Origin: Puniceicoccaceae bacterium
GTDB taxonomy: Bacteria; Verrucomicrobiota; Verrucomicrobiia; Opitutales; Oceanipulchritudinaceae
Reading direction: 5' to 3'
NCBI GenBank assembly: GCA_040830765.1
Contig: JBFOMH010000028.1
Location: 1 to 64,000 of the forward strand
Length of the DNA: 64,000 bases
A model generated the notes under the pieces. The model made no database searches, was not told where the DNA came from, and saw only the letters and a list, made by a program, of their open reading frames with translations. Position numbers and translations under genes: made by a program. Of the stretch, positions 19,809 through 29,013 are shown piece by piece; the stretch's first letter is position 1, and the number at the start of each line of letters is the position of its first letter.

Positions 19809-21083
19809 ATGCTGGATCTTAAGTTTTTCCGTGAGAATACCGACCTCGTTCGGAGCGGCATAAACCGCAAGAAATTCGACTGTGATCTCGACACCGTTTT
19901 GGAGTTGGATGACAGCCGCCGCCGCATTATCCGCGAAGCCGAGGAGAAGCGGGCCGCCCAGAAGGCAGCTAATGCGGAAATGGCCAAGCTCGACAAGGGG
20001 TCTGACGCCTTCAAGGCCAAGCTGGCGGAGATGCGTGAGCTTTCCCAGGAAGTGAAGGCGCTCCAGTCCCAGCAGGCGGAAGTGGAAACAGAGTGGGAGG
20101 CGGCCTTCCTGGCCATTCCCAATATTCCGGACTCCAGCGTTCCGGACGGCGAGACGGAGGAAGACAATGTGGTCTTTCACACCTGGGGAAATCCGGAAGA
20201 AGTCTCTCCCAACGCCAGGGCACACTTTGATATCCCCTGGTTCGCCCATTACGTCGACCTGGAGCGGGGAACAAAGATTACCGGTGCCGGATGGCCGGTT
20301 TTCCGCGGCCAGATGGCCCGCCTGGTTCGTAGCCTGCTGACCTTCTTCATCGAGGAAAATACCGCTGCCGGGTTCGAGGAGGTGCACCCGCCGATCTGCG
20401 TCAGCGCGGCCAGTGCCACGGCGACCGGGCAATTGCCTGACAAAGAGGGCCAGATGTACCACGTTCAGGAAGACGGGCTTTACCTGATCCCGACTGCAGA
20501 AGTCCCGGTGACCAACCTCTACCGCGACGAATTCATTGATGCCGCCAACCTGCCTTTGAAGGCCTGTGCCTACACGCCCTGTTTCAGGCGCGAGGCGGGC
20601 AGTTACGGCAAGGATGTCCGTGGGCTCAACCGTGTGCACCAGTTCGACAAGGTGGAGCTGGTGGAGTGGGTCCACCCGGATGAGGGCATGAATGAGCTGG
20701 AGAACCTCCGCACCCATATCCAGGGACTGGTGGAAAAACTGGAACTGCCTTACCGGACTCTCCTGATGTGTTCCAAGGACATAGGCTTCCCGCACGCCAA
20801 GCAGTATGACGTCGAGGTATGGGCGGGTGGCCAGAAGCGTTGGCTGGAGGTCTCCAGCGCCAGTTGCTTCACGGATTTCCAGGCCCGGCGGGCCAATATC
20901 CGTTTCCGTGACGAAAGTGGGAAGCCGCGTGTGGTCCACACCCTCAATGGATCCGGTCTCGCCATTCCAAGGGTCCTCGCAGCCCTTTTGGAAAACAATC
21001 TGCAAGCCGACGGAAGCGTTTTGCTTCCGGGTGCGTTGGTCCCGCATTTTGGGGGCGACCGCCTGACGTCGCCCGGCAGCTGA
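19809..21083 (+). CDS. serS: Serine--tRNA ligase
   Basis: LIPTAEVP, FRREAGSYGKDVRGLNRVHQFDKVE and HTLNGSGLA. Confidence 0.97.
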   Translation: MLDLKFFRENTDLVRSGINRKKFDCDLDTVLELDDSRRRIIREAEEKRAAQKAANAEMAKLDKGSDAFKAKLAEMRELSQEVKALQSQQAEVETEWEAAFLAIPNIPDSSVPDGETEEDNVVFHTWGNPEEVSPNARAHFDIPWFAHYVDLERGTKITGAGWPVFRGQMARLVRSLLTFFIEENTAAGFEEVHPPICVSAASATATGQLPDKEGQMYHVQEDGLYLIPTAEVPVTNLYRDEFIDAANLPLKACAYTPCFRREAGSYGKDVRGLNRVHQFDKVELVEWVHPDEGMNELENLRTHIQGLVEKLELPYRTLLMCSKDIGFPHAKQYDVEVWAGGQKRWLEVSSASCFTDFQARRANIRFRDESGKPRVVHTLNGSGLAIPRVLAALLENNLQADGSVLLPGALVPHFGGDRLTSPGS

Positions 21084-21087
21084 GGCC

Positions 21088-22539
21088 ATGTCCAATTGGC
21101 CGGAGATTGCCCGGCAATTTGCTGATTTGGAGCCAGTCCGCCACCTCGACCGGAAGGCGGTTGGATACCTGCAGCAGCTATCTGCTGACCAACCGGTGCT
21201 GGCTGCCTGTTCCGGTGGGCCGGACTCCGTCTTCCTGTTCCTTTGCCTGCATGTGCTCTTTGCCGACTCCCCCGAACGGCTACATCTCCTTCACTTCAAT
21301 CATGGAGTCCGGGGTAACGATGCGGATGCCGACGCGGCCTTTGTCCGGCAGATGGCTGGGGACTTGGGTCACCCCTTTTCCATCGGCCAGCCAGAGTCGC
21401 CGCTAGCAACAGATGAGGCTGCTCTGCGGGGAGCGCGCTACAAGTGGCTGGGAACCCTTTACAAGGAAACAGCCGCAGGTTCCCTGGTCCTCGGCCAGCA
21501 TGCGGGGGACTTGCTGGAGACGCAGTTGATGGCCCTGCTCAGTGGCTCAGGTCCGGCCGGTTTAGCAACACCGATGCCCGTCCGCTCATTTCCGGATGGT
21601 CAGGTGCGACTGCGGCCATTGTTGAGCCTTACCAGAGAGGATCTTGTCGCCATCCTCGATCAGGTGCCTGTCCCTTATCGAAACGATGCCAGCAATGAGG
21701 ACACGACCTATACCCGCAACTGGTTGCGCAAGGAAATCGTGCCATTGCTGGAACAGCAGTATCCACAGGACATCCACGCTGGAGCCAACCGGACCCGTCA
21801 CTTGATGGAGGAAGCAGTGGAATTTCTGGATCACTCAGTTGAAGAATTGGGTCTGGGCTTGGCGGATCCGCTCCGGATTGACCTAAAGAAGGCAATGGGT
21901 CGGTCACCCGCCCTTGTGCGGCGGATTCTCATGGCCTGGTGGCTGCAGCACTATCCGGATCAGATTTTCCCGACACGTCCAGTCGATGCCCTCGTCAAGG
22001 CGATTGCGGCCGGAAGGACGGGTCTGATCGTTCCCATCGGGCGTGTTAAAAACCTAGGAGAAATTTCACAAGTTATTGAAATAGAGGAGGATAATTCACT
22101 CATCCTGCGGCCGGAAAAGGTGGGTGAACCGAGGTCCTGGGGTGGGGGAATCCACTGGCATTGGAAGGCTGGGAGCCTCTTTCTTCCCCATGGCGACTGG
22201 CTTAGTGGCGAATCCGTGCCCCTCCCTGAAAACGGCCCCCATGCCTACAAGACAGCCAATCCGCAGCTTGAGGCATGGGTGGCGGGAGTCGACGGACCCT
22301 TGCTGGTTCGCCAGTGGATGCCGGGAGACCGGTACCAACCGCTTGGCGCTCCGGGAAGGCGCAAGGTGCAGGACATTTTTACCGATGCGAAGCTTAATTC
22401 CGAACAAAAATCACGCCTGCCAGTCATACTTGATACCCGTGAGGCCATCGTCTGGATTCCCGGTTTTCCACCCGCCGAGGCGTTCCGGATTTGCCACAAT
22501 CACAAATCGGCTCTAAAGTTGACTTACAATCCGCAATAG
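21088..22539 (+). CDS. tilS: tRNA(Ile)-lysidine synthetase
   Basis: SGGPDS, HFNHGVR, RPLL, DASN...RNWLR, C-terminal TilS domain; lies upstream of ftsH. Confidence 0.92.
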   Translation: MSNWPEIARQFADLEPVRHLDRKAVGYLQQLSADQPVLAACSGGPDSVFLFLCLHVLFADSPERLHLLHFNHGVRGNDADADAAFVRQMAGDLGHPFSIGQPESPLATDEAALRGARYKWLGTLYKETAAGSLVLGQHAGDLLETQLMALLSGSGPAGLATPMPVRSFPDGQVRLRPLLSLTREDLVAILDQVPVPYRNDASNEDTTYTRNWLRKEIVPLLEQQYPQDIHAGANRTRHLMEEAVEFLDHSVEELGLGLADPLRIDLKKAMGRSPALVRRILMAWWLQHYPDQIFPTRPVDALVKAIAAGRTGLIVPIGRVKNLGEISQVIEIEEDNSLILRPEKVGEPRSWGGGIHWHWKAGSLFLPHGDWLSGESVPLPENGPHAYKTANPQLEAWVAGVDGPLLVRQWMPGDRYQPLGAPGRRKVQDIFTDAKLNSEQKSRLPVILDTREAIVWIPGFPPAEAFRICHNHKSALKLTYNPQ

Positions 22540-22558
22540 GCACTTTTGCCACTTCATT

Positions 22559-24574
22559 ATGGTTGAGAATCCCAATCAAAAGCGCAACAAGCCCCTCAAC
22601 AACGGGGGGCAGTTCCGGATGCTGAGCATCTGGTTGCTCGTATTTTTTGTCATTTTCGCGATCCTTTTCGTCAGTAATTCCGACATGCAGCAGTCCGAGG
22701 AATTGACCATTCGACAGGTCATCCAGGAGGCTCAAAAGGGCGAGGAAAGCCGCATTGTTCCCGGGGCTGTTATCAAGGCTGCTCCCCACGGAGGAACCAA
22801 GTGGCACGAAATTCGCGGTCGTCTCAAGACGGCAGGCGGCGAGGATCTGGCCTTCCTCGCAGAAGGTCAGCTGACCGAGGAAAATATCCAGGTCCTTCAG
22901 GAATCCGGTCTTTTCAAGGAGGAACCGGCCAGCACCCTCTTTACCCAGGTCTTGCTCAACCTCTTGCCGATCCTGCTCATCCTGCTGATTCTTTATTTCC
23001 TTTTTGTCCGCCAGTTGCGTAGTGCCGGCCGGGGAGCGATGAACTTCGGCAAAAGCAAGGCCCGCATGCTGACCCGCGACCGCGAAAAGGTTACTTTCAA
23101 GGATGTCGCCGGTTGTGATGAGGCCAAGGAGGAAGTGGCGGAAGTGGTTTCCTTCCTCAAGGATCCCAAGCGCTTCCAGCGAATTGGCGGCCGTATTCCC
23201 AAGGGCGCTCTCCTGGTGGGTCCTCCGGGTACCGGCAAGACCCTTCTGGCCCGTGCCGTTGCCGGCGAGGCCGATGTGCCTTTCTTCAGTATCAGTGGTT
23301 CCGACTTTGTGGAAATGTTTGTCGGTGTCGGGGCTGCCCGTGTCCGCGACATGTTCGAACAGGGTCGTAAGAACGCCCCCTGTATTATCTTTGTTGATGA
23401 AATTGATGCCGTGGGCCGTCAGCGTGGTGCCGGCCTCGGTGGCGGCAATGATGAACGCGAGCAGACCCTGAATTCCCTCCTTGTCGAGATGGACGGTTTT
23501 GACGGCCATGAGGGCGTCATTATCATGGCCGCGACCAACCGGCCGGATGTTCTCGACAGTGCCCTTCTTCGGCCGGGGCGCTTTGATCGCCAGATCATGA
23601 TCGACCTTCCGGACCTGCACGGTCGCGAGGAAATCCTCAAGGTCCATGCCAACAAGATCAAACTGGGCGAGGATATCGACTTGTTCAATGTCGCCCGCAA
23701 CACGCCCGGATTCTCGGGTGCGGACCTCGCCAACCTACTTAATGAAAGTGCGCTCATCGCGGCCCGCTACAACAAGAAGGTGGTCGACCGGCATGACGTC
23801 GAGGAAGCCCGCGACAAGATCGCTTTTGGTCGTGAGCGGCGCAAGCTCATGGATGACGAGGACAAGCGCATGACCGCCTTTCACGAGGCCGGGCACGCCC
23901 TTGTCCAGGCCGTCATTGATGATGGCCATCTGCCGCTGCACAAGGTGACGATTATTCCCCGGGGACGGGCCCTCGGCTTGACCATGATGTTGCCCAAGAA
24001 GGATATCCTCGGGCAGTCCCGTAAGCATCTCCTGAACCAGATCTGTTGTGCCATGGCCGGCCGGATAGGGGAGGAGATCGAGACCCAGGACTTCAGTAAC
24101 GGGGCCGCCAACGACATCAAGCAGGCGACCAAGATTGCCCGTCACATGGTCTGTGACTGGGGCATGAGCGACCTGGGACCGGTGGCATTCGGGGAAAACC
24201 AGGAACAGGTCTTCCTCGGCAAGGAAATCAACCGGACCCAGAATTTCAGCGAGTCTACCGCCGAGAAGATCGATGCCGCCATTTCCGCCATCATTGATGA
24301 GCAGTACAACCGGGCTCACAAGATTGTCGAGGAGCACCGCGAGGCCCTGCGCATCATCGCCGAGGCACTTCTCGAGCACGAGACCATCGAGGGCATCCAT
24401 GTCGATGAAATCATCAAGTTCGGGGAAATTCGTACCGCCGTCGAGACCATCAAGGACCGCGCCGACAGTGCGGACGATGAAGAGCCGGAGGACGAACTGG
24501 CCGCCAAGAAGCCTGAGGACGACAAAAAGGACGATGGCGAGCTGAGCGCGGAAGCTGCTCCCGCTCCGGCCTGA
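22559..24574 (+). CDS. ftsH: ATP-dependent zinc metalloprotease FtsH
   Basis: 2 [26 protein letters not shown] and HEAGH. Confidence 0.97.
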   Translation: MVENPNQKRNKPLNNGGQFRMLSIWLLVFFVIFAILFVSNSDMQQSEELTIRQVIQEAQKGEESRIVPGAVIKAAPHGGTKWHEIRGRLKTAGGEDLAFLAEGQLTEENIQVLQESGLFKEEPASTLFTQVLLNLLPILLILLILYFLFVRQLRSAGRGAMNFGKSKARMLTRDREKVTFKDVAGCDEAKEEVAEVVSFLKDPKRFQRIGGRIPKGALLVGPPGTGKTLLARAVAGEADVPFFSISGSDFVEMFVGVGAARVRDMFEQGRKNAPCIIFVDEIDAVGRQRGAGLGGGNDEREQTLNSLLVEMDGFDGHEGVIIMAATNRPDVLDSALLRPGRFDRQIMIDLPDLHGREEILKVHANKIKLGEDIDLFNVARNTPGFSGADLANLLNESALIAARYNKKVVDRHDVEEARDKIAFGRERRKLMDDEDKRMTAFHEAGHALVQAVIDDGHLPLHKVTIIPRGRALGLTMMLPKKDILGQSRKHLLNQICCAMAGRIGEEIETQDFSNGAANDIKQATKIARHMVCDWGMSDLGPVAFGENQEQVFLGKEINRTQNFSESTAEKIDAAISAIIDEQYNRAHKIVEEHREALRIIAEALLEHETIEGIHVDEIIKFGEIRTAVETIKDRADSADDEEPEDELAAKKPEDDKKDDGELSAEAAPAPA

Positions 24575-24591
24575 GCCCTAAATCCGGATTT

Positions 24592-24709
24592 CTGCCCGTG
24601 CTTCGCTGCGCTACTGCCCGTGCTTCGCCCTGCGGGCTTCGCAGGGCACGCTTCGCTCTAACCTCGCTCCTGCGTGGCTATGCCACGCGTAGCTCGGAGA
24701 ACGAAGCGT
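24592..24709. repeat. Structured REP-like element at the 3' end of tRNA-Thr (copy 1)
   Basis: Core 24648-24709 matches 62421-62482 at 49/62 positions. CTGCCCGTGCTTCGC is duplicated at 24592 and 24614. Confidence 0.8.
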
Positions 24710-24784
24710 GGAGCCACCCATCGGACTCGAACCGACGACCTGCTCATTACGAGTGAGCTGCTCTACCAACTGAGCTAGGGTGGC
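24709..24784 (-). tRNA. tRNA-Thr (anticodon CGT)
   Basis: GCCACCC...GCTCA-CTCGTAA-TGAGC...GGTTCGAGTCC...GGGTGGCTCCA. Confidence 0.97.
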
Positions 24785-24937
24785 GTCCAAAGAAGGGTCG
24801 GAATTTGTTAAGCCGCATGGTCCATGGCAAGAAGAAAACCAAGGAATGAAAAAATAGATTTGCTTTCGGGCCCGGCTTCCGTATGGGTCACTCTTTTTCT
24901 TTGATCGGAAATTTGCGATCACCCTAATTTTCACGCA

Positions 24938-25615
24938 ATGAAACAGATTACGCTTAACACGAAACCAAGAACGGAGATGGGCCGGACGGCCAGCAAGCAC
25001 CTGCGACAGCAAGGGATTGTCCCGGCCATCATTTATGGGGAATCCGGTGTCCGCCACCTGACCCTCGATGCCCACGAGTTTGGCATGGCCTACCGCAAGT
25101 TTTCCGGCACCGCCGCCCTCATTGAACTCAAGGAAGAGGGAGGCGATTCCCACTACGCCATTATCCAGGAATTGCAGCGCAATCCGCGCACTGACGCCTT
25201 TGTCCACATCGACTTCAAGGAAATCGTCCGTGGTAAGGAAATGGAAACCGACATTCCGGTTACCACCCGTGGCACTGCCGACGGGGTCAAGAATTACGGT
25301 GGGGTCCTCGAGATCAGCACCCAGCTCCTCCGGGTTCGTTGCCGTCCGCGTGACCTGCCCGAGGCAATTGTCGTCGATGTCACCGAACTGGAAATTGGCA
25401 AGTCCATCCACTTGTCTGAAGTGGAAGCTCCGGAAGGAGTGACATTCCTCGGTGATCCGGAACTTGTCCTCATCGCCTGTGTCGGTGCCTCTGCCGGTGC
25501 CAGCGGGGCCGAGGAAGAGGAAGCGGAAGGTGAAGAAGTCGCCGCCGAAGGGGAAGCCGCTGCTGTAGACAGCGAGGAACCCAAGGCTGAAGAAGCTGCC
25601 ACCGCCGAGTCCTGA
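24938..25615 (+). CDS. rplY: 50S ribosomal protein bL25/Ctc
   Basis: LRQQGIVPAIIYG, HIDF, GVKNYGGVL and an acidic tail. Confidence 0.93.
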   Translation: MKQITLNTKPRTEMGRTASKHLRQQGIVPAIIYGESGVRHLTLDAHEFGMAYRKFSGTAALIELKEEGGDSHYAIIQELQRNPRTDAFVHIDFKEIVRGKEMETDIPVTTRGTADGVKNYGGVLEISTQLLRVRCRPRDLPEAIVVDVTELEIGKSIHLSEVEAPEGVTFLGDPELVLIACVGASAGASGAEEEEAEGEEVAAEGEAAAVDSEEPKAEEAATAES

Positions 25616-25636
25616 TCTTTTTTATTTGTTCTTTGC

Positions 25637-26248
25637 ATGCAATCGGTGCGTGTCATCGCCGGCCTGGGTAACCCCGAGGCCCGATACGATGGGACACGCC
25701 ACAACGTCGGTTTTGCCGCGGTGGATAAACTCGCCGAGGCCCATTCCGCTTCATGGAAAGCGGAAAGCCGGATGTGTGCCCACACCGCTACCATCGAAAT
25801 AGCTGGCCATCCTGTGCTCCTGCTCAAACCGCAGACGTACATGAATGCCAGCAGCAAGGCTATCGGGAATGTATGCCGTTTCTACAAATGGTCCCCGAAG
25901 TCGGTAATGGTTGTGGTTGATGAGTTTCAGCTGCCCCTGGGGCAGACGAAGCTCTCCCTCCGCGGAAGTGCGGGCGGGCACAATGGTGTCGATGACATCA
26001 TCCAGCATTATGGGTCGGAGTTTCCCCGGTTCCGGATTGGCATTGCGCCAGAGGAAGCCACCCGCGCCAGCATGACGGATTATGTCCTCGGGAAATTCAC
26101 CCCCGGGGAAACAAGCACTCTCAACAATTGCTGGGATCGCATTCTTTCTGAACTGGCCTTGGTCATTCAGAAGGGTCCGGCCCTCGCAGCCAACACAATC
26201 AACCAACGCATTCTCAAGAATGAGCCTTCAAAACAATCGGAAATATAA
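25637..26248 (+). CDS. pth: Peptidyl-tRNA hydrolase
   Basis: GLGNP..Y..TRHNVGF, KPQTYMN and GSAGGHNG. Confidence 0.96.
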   Translation: MQSVRVIAGLGNPEARYDGTRHNVGFAAVDKLAEAHSASWKAESRMCAHTATIEIAGHPVLLLKPQTYMNASSKAIGNVCRFYKWSPKSVMVVVDEFQLPLGQTKLSLRGSAGGHNGVDDIIQHYGSEFPRFRIGIAPEEATRASMTDYVLGKFTPGETSTLNNCWDRILSELALVIQKGPALAANTINQRILKNEPSKQSEI

Positions 26249-26519
26249 CGTCACCATTATCCTCGACACGCGCGGATACGAGTCGCCCGTGGAAACGCTG
26301 GAAGAAACGGTGACCGAACTCATGAAGAACGCCGGTGGTGAAGTCGAGTCCCTGGAAAACCTCGGACGCCACGATTTCAGCCGCATCACGGAAAAGGGAC
26401 ACACCGGGGATTCCTATCTCTCGGTCGTTGTCACCGGACCCGCCAGCCTGCCGGAATCCTTCCAGGACTCGATCCGTCTTGACCGTCTCGTCAAGCGGGC
26501 AATGTTTAAGTCAGCCTGA
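26220..26519 (+). CDS. rpsF: 30S ribosomal protein bS6
   Basis: 99 aa, RKYNVTIIL...GGEV...LGR; position between pth and ssb. Confidence 0.85.
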   Translation: MSLQNNRKYNVTIILDTRGYESPVETLEETVTELMKNAGGEVESLENLGRHDFSRITEKGHTGDSYLSVVVTGPASLPESFQDSIRLDRLVKRAMFKSA

Positions 26520-26542
26520 ACGAAAACCGGAGGACCTGAGCC

Positions 26543-26986
26543 ATGGCAAACTTCAACAAAGTATTATTGATGGGCAACCTGACCCGTGATCCCGAAGTGC
26601 GGACCACACCAACGGGGATGAAGATTGCCAAGTTTGGCATGGCCGTGAACCGTCGTTTTCGCACCCGCGACAACGAGGCGCGGGAAGAAACCACCTTCGT
26701 TGACCTGGATGCCTTCGGGAACCAGGCCGAGATTATCGAGAAATACTGCCAGAAGGGATCCCCCCTCTTTGTCGAGGGCCGCTTGCGGCTCGACCAGTGG
26801 GAGACCCCGAACGGCGAAAAGCGGTCCAAGCTCGGGATTGTGGTGGAGAACTTCCAGTTTCTCGGTTCCGGTGGGAGCCAGGAGCGCTCGGATGAGCCCC
26901 GGGCAACCCAGGACAACCCGCGCCCGGCGCAGGATTCCGGTTCCTCCGGCGGAGACAGCTTCGATGACGACGAGGTCCCCTTTTAA
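26543..26986 (+). CDS. ssb: Single-stranded DNA-binding protein
   Basis: NKVLLMGNLTRDPE, VEGRLR and C-terminal DDDEVPF. Confidence 0.97.
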   Translation: MANFNKVLLMGNLTRDPEVRTTPTGMKIAKFGMAVNRRFRTRDNEAREETTFVDLDAFGNQAEIIEKYCQKGSPLFVEGRLRLDQWETPNGEKRSKLGIVVENFQFLGSGGSQERSDEPRATQDNPRPAQDSGSSGGDSFDDDEVPF

Positions 26987-27037
26987 TCACAACTGATTGC
27001 AATCAACCAAACACTTTTTCAGAGGAGAATAATTCCC

Positions 27038-27538
27038 ATGGCAAACGCAGAACTTCTGTTACTTCAACCGGTGGAAAACCTTGGCAACGAGGGTGACACC
27101 ATCACTGTAAAGACCGGCTACGCCCGCAACTTCCTGTTGCCGCGCGGCCTCGCTATTCCTGTAACCCGGGCCAACCGGAAGCAGATTGAGTCGCTCAAGG
27201 ACCGCGCCGAGAAGCGCCGGGCCGCCGAACTGGAGAGTGCTCAACAGGTGGCCGCCAAGCTCGAGACGATCAAGATTGTCTTCGCTGTCAAGACGGGTCC
27301 CGGTGGCAAGATGTTCGGGGCCGTCACTGCCCAGGACCTCGTCACCCGCATCGCCGAGGAAGGGGTGGAGCTCGACAAGAAACAGGTCAGCCTCTACACT
27401 CCGGTCAAGAGCCTTGGCAAGCACAGCACCCGCGTCCGCCTGCACGAGGACGTCACCCTTGATTTCGAATTCGAAGTTGTCTCGGAAAATCCGATCGAAG
27501 AAGGAGAAGGAGAGAGCGAAGGCGCGGCTGAGGAGTAA
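27038..27538 (+). CDS. rplI: 50S ribosomal protein bL9
   Basis: LG..GD...VKTGYARNFLLP and GKMFGAVT. Confidence 0.96.
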   Translation: MANAELLLLQPVENLGNEGDTITVKTGYARNFLLPRGLAIPVTRANRKQIESLKDRAEKRRAAELESAQQVAAKLETIKIVFAVKTGPGGKMFGAVTAQDLVTRIAEEGVELDKKQVSLYTPVKSLGKHSTRVRLHEDVTLDFEFEVVSENPIEEGEGESEGAAEE

Positions 27539-27593
27539 TTCTGCCGTTCGTTACCCTTGATTGAGGATTCTTACATGCGACATCGCACCTGCC

Positions 27594-29009
27594 ATGACTG
27601 AGGAGCGAGGACGCATACCGCCGCACAGCCTGGAAGCGGAAGAAGGCCTGCTTGGATCCTGCCTAATTGATCCGGGGGCGGATATCCTTTCCGCCTGCAT
27701 GGAGGCGGGCCTCAGGGCCGAATCGTTTTTCAAGCCGGCCCACAAGGTCATCTTCCACGTCATGCAAACGCTCTATGCCGAAAACAGCGGCGTGGACGAG
27801 GTGACGGTACTGGATGCCCTCAGCAGCCGGCCTGTCAGCAGCATTGACTGGTTGCATCGGCAACAACGCAATACGGATCCCAAGATACCCCTGATTCAAC
27901 TGGTTGGGGGACCGGCTGCCCTGATTCAGCTGACGAACCGGATTGAATCCATCGCCAACGCCCGCTACTGGCTGGATATTGTCCACCAGAAGTGGCTTCT
28001 GCGGCGATTGATTGAAACAGCCTCCCACATCGCCGAGGAGGCCTACGTCAACCAGGACCAACTGGAGTCCTTCATCGGAGAGGCGGAAGCGCGAATCCTT
28101 TCCATTCAGGAAGACCGGTCGGGAGACTCCGCCAAGAAGTTTGATGAATCAATCGAGGACGCCGGCACGCTGATCCGCAATATCCTCGAGGGTAACCAGG
28201 ATGCAGGTGTCCTGACCGGATACAAGGACATCGATGGCATGACCTTCGGGCTTCATTCCGGGCAAATGGTGGTCCTGGCGGCCCGGCCCTCGATGGGGAA
28301 AACCTCTCTCGGAATGAACATTGCCGAGAATGCGGCCCTTCCGCATCATGGGGAAGGCAAGGGTATTCTTGTCTTTAGCCTGGAAATGCCGTCCGAACAG
28401 CTGGCCATGCGAATGCTCTGTGGCCGTGCCAAGGTCAGCATGCGGCGAGTCCGGGACCGGATGATCAGCCAGAAGCAGCAGGCGGATTTGGCCCGGGAGG
28501 CCAAGGTCCTCAAGACCGCCCCTATCTGGGTGGACGACTCCAGCGGGATCAACATCCTGCAGCTACGGGCCAAGGCCCGGCGCATCCATCGTCAGTACAA
28601 GGTCCAGCTCATCGTCATCGATTACCTCCAGCTCATCAGTGGGACGGATTCCCGGGTACCCCGCGAGCAGCAGATTTCTGAAATCAGTCGCGGGATCAAG
28701 GCGATGGCCAAGGAATTGAACGTTCCGGTGCTCGTTCTGAGCCAGCTGAACCGTTCCTCGGAAAAGGAAAACCGCCAGCCCCGCATTTCCGACCTGCGCG
28801 AGTCCGGTTCCATTGAACAGGATGCTGACGTTGTTTTCCTGCTTGCCGCCAGGCAGAACACCGAGGATAACCCCTCTGTACCGCAAGCCTCCCGCGAGCG
28901 GGACCTCATAATTGCCAAGCAGCGCAATGGTCCGACCGGCAGCGTGGCATTGACCTTTATTCCCGAATTTACTCGCTTTGAAAACCATACTGACCAGCCT
29001 TTGGAATAA
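27594..29009 (+). CDS. dnaB: Replicative DNA helicase
   Basis: PPHSLEAE, ARPSMGKT, FSLEM, IDYLQL, LSQLNR and DLRESGSIEQDAD. Confidence 0.97.
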   Translation: MTEERGRIPPHSLEAEEGLLGSCLIDPGADILSACMEAGLRAESFFKPAHKVIFHVMQTLYAENSGVDEVTVLDALSSRPVSSIDWLHRQQRNTDPKIPLIQLVGGPAALIQLTNRIESIANARYWLDIVHQKWLLRRLIETASHIAEEAYVNQDQLESFIGEAEARILSIQEDRSGDSAKKFDESIEDAGTLIRNILEGNQDAGVLTGYKDIDGMTFGLHSGQMVVLAARPSMGKTSLGMNIAENAALPHHGEGKGILVFSLEMPSEQLAMRMLCGRAKVSMRRVRDRMISQKQQADLAREAKVLKTAPIWVDDSSGINILQLRAKARRIHRQYKVQLIVIDYLQLISGTDSRVPREQQISEISRGIKAMAKELNVPVLVLSQLNRSSEKENRQPRISDLRESGSIEQDADVVFLLAARQNTEDNPSVPQASRERDLIIAKQRNGPTGSVALTFIPEFTRFENHTDQPLE

Positions 29010-29013
29010 TCAT

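Noticed and set aside
18930..21095. 721-aa antisense ORF across plsC and serS (similar ones oppose ftsH, SNF2, the kinase, prlC and glnII)
   Set aside because: These are shadow ORFs from GC-rich codon bias opposite well-conserved genes; they have no recognisable motifs.
26987..27037. rpsR missing between ssb and rplI
   Set aside because: The gap is only 51 nt with no remnant. To my knowledge rpsF-ssb-rplI is an ordinary arrangement in this phylum.
27594..29009. Intein in DnaB
   Set aside because: The protein is of normal length and has no intein splice motifs.
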